Assembly: GCF_006345805.1 (NCBI RefSeq) | Contig: NC_043004.1 | Coordinates: 20,770,001 to 20,834,000, forward strand | Length of the DNA stretch: 64,000 nucleotides | Direction: 5' to 3' | DNA from: Octopus sinensis | Lineage: Eukaryota | In this document: one piece after another, positions 61,462 to 64,000 of the stretch | Position numbering within the stretch: position 1 is the stretch's first letter | Layout: each line of letters starts with the position of its first letter | Program-made: the position numbers and the translations under genes | Notes under the pieces: model-generated | What the model was told of the DNA's origin: nothing | The model's database searches: none | What the model saw: only the letters and a program-made list of their open reading frames with translations

Positions 61462-64000
61462 AAGAAAGAGGGATAGAGAGAGAGTTTTGCTTTTGTGGTG
61501 TAGCCCTAAGTAGTATAGCCAGATATATGGCATATGGGTAATCATACAGTGTGCTGTGTGGAAATCTTGGGGCACTTTATAGACATGTTCTTCAGATCTA
61601 ATATTTTGTATGATTATAATTATACTTCACTGTTCAGTTAAGTTTGGTATGCTTGTTGCTTTAATTAATCAAAAACATTTCAGCAACAACCAACCCATCT
61701 TTTTCTCTTAAGTATTATCATGTACATAACAAGGTAATATACACAATAGTCTTAGAATTTTTAAGATTGAAAATTGACTGTTATTTCAAAGCCTAGTACC
61801 TACAGGTCTACTATGACCACAACTTTTATATATATATTTTTTTTATATTTCAATGGAGTCAGTTCTTTAATGTTCCTCAATATTTTTTCTTTAATATCCA
61901 GAGGTCTGACACATTGCTAACCTCGTATTATTGTGTTGATAGCTACTTAACTATCATGTGTATATGTATGAAGAAAAAATAAATGAGTTTCTGAATTTTA
62001 GTAATCTTTGTTAAATCTGTTACTAATTTCATTTCATTTGCTATGAGATCCTCTTATAGTATTATCTAAAGAATTTTCTTTTAAATTGTTTTCTTCTCAG
62101 AAACTTTTCGTAACTTAAAATTTTAAATTTCTGAATAAAGAAAATAAATAATTAAAAAAGTTTCTTTGGACTCTTTTATAACATTTAATATCATTTCTTC
62201 ATTTTACTTTTTAAATTGTCTTTCCATATCTTTTTATAATGTATGTTTCTTGGGGCACTTTATATAAAATCTTTATAGGTATGTTCATCAGATCTAAGAT
62301 TTTATACAATTATAATTATATTTGACAATTTGACATAGAATTTAAGGTTTCATATAATAGGTGTTGGGGGTGAAAGGATTGTTTATGGTAATTTATTTTT
62401 TGATTTTTTTGTTTACATTACTGCTTAACTGTTATTTTGCTACGTTTTTTTTTACTCTCCCTACAATTATCATGTCTAGATGCAACAAAAGCAGAAAAGA
62501 ACTTGGCAAGGCAAGGGAGATGCTATGCACCATCAAAAGGTTGTACAAGATAACATCCAGGGTATTATCAAAATGGTGATCTGATGCATGCTTTATCATG
62601 GTGGTGTCAAAGTGACTTTCAGGGTTGATATATGAGGAGACTTGTAATATATTCAAGCTGGTTATCTGAAGCTTGGTTTGTCATGGCAGTATTGAGTGCA
62701 TTTCAAGTCTGATGTATGATGATACTCTTGTGCTCATGGTATTTTTTCAACAATTTGTCTTAATTGTCTTAATTTAGTCTGTTCATATTTGCTTTATCAC
62801 TCTCCATTTGGAATTATTCAATTTCTTCACTGCTACCTTATAGACATTTTCCCCACTGCATTTCAGGTTCATCATTGGCATTTTTGTATGCCTTAATTAT
62901 GTTAATTTATAAACTTGCTTTCTGAGAATAGTTTAAACTTTTATTAAATAATTAATTTTTAGTTTTGATACTTTCTGAGTTTTGCCTCAATAACAAATAT
63001 TTTTTGTTCATAAAATTGGACTGCCTGTAAAAAGTGTGGACTACCAAGAAAACTGCAAAATGTGTATTTTTCTCAGTTCAGTTAATTAAGAATATTATTG
63101 CTCCTATGCTCATCATCGTCGTCGTCGTCATCATCATAGTTATTTAATACAATCAACTGTTGGAATATAATATATATTGGCTACTGACTTTTCACACATC
63201 CTATAATACAAACTCACCTAGCTGTTCTGGAACTTATAAGAATGTCTTGCTTCTTCACAGAAGAGAGTGTAAGTTTTGGAAGCATGCTAAATGCATTCAG
63301 GTTATCATAGGAAAAAGAAAAGAATTCTGAGTTTTCTAGTAAAAGAGAAAAGGAAAAAAATAACATATTTTCATCCAGTGAGTTACTTGTCCATACTTAT
63401 GAGAAACTCTAACTAAATAGAAGCTCAGAAAATACTTCCATATGTTTGTAGAAAGTGAGACAGGAAAGCAAGAAGATAGAAAATTAGAAGCTAGATGGAT
63501 AGTAGGGGTAAAGAACGGTATGCAAAGAATCTGGAGAGTGAAGTGTGAAATGGGAAAAGTCAAGTGTTAAGTTTTAAAGTGAGATGGTAGAATTTAAGAG
63601 GTATCAAAACACCTACTATTGTGTTGATACCAAGGTGTGATTATCTGTGTGTTAAATCTTCAAGGTGGTTCTGCTCAAGATCACAGTTTGGAGAGTTTGG
63701 ATATTTCAAGTATTTTCCCACTGAAACTGTAATTGAAGTCACTGGCTTTCAAAGCCAGATATAGCTCGAAAATTTAGTCATGTATCACTTTTTGATTTAT
63801 AAAAGTGTGATAGATACTTGCACTAGTGTAGCCAGAGTGTGTGCCACCTAGGATGGCCCTTCCATTTTCTGCCCCTGGACCCCACAAAAATACATATTAC
63901 CTACAGCAATAGCCTACAACTTGTGATAACTTGACTTAAAATTTTCCTTCCATTACCTTTATATATCACTTGATTGTATTGCCTTGGTTGAGATTTTGTA

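Noticed and set aside
62432-62760. GC-richer segment with short ORFs on both strands
   Set aside because: Probably an old retroelement fragment, but no diagnostic motif could be assigned.

Overview
This is AT-rich, repeat-dense eukaryotic DNA, most likely Octopus (inferred from the tRNA-derived SINE families, LINE/DNA-transposon remnants and very long microsatellites). I could not identify any host protein-coding gene with confidence. Nearly all long ORFs in the track are translations of microsatellites or decayed transposons, so the window looks like a giant intron and/or intergenic DNA. Recognisable elements: remnants of R4/Dong, Tx1/L1, CR1/L2, RTE and Penelope-like retroelements; mariner copies; a full-length Chapaev3-like transposon with TAA TSDs; TTAA-type MITEs; a Helitron-like element; three SINE families (called A, B, C here); a 2.5-kb decayed 36-bp minisatellite; and several long fold-backs. 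Top leads: (1) a palindromic element with a tRNA-like head carrying a minimal hammerhead ribozyme motif in each arm; (2) a recursive-splice-site/RS-exon signature at 54.7 kb, with a second candidate at 25.9 kb; (3) an ORF1-only (HAL1-like) Tx1 element that shares its 3' tail with SINE-B and sits in a SINE-B head; (4) a sharply bounded CpG-retaining domain (about 6.9-15.6 kb) containing an E-box/CCAAT promoter candidate. Family names come from motif recognition, not database searches, and coordinates of decayed elements are approximate.
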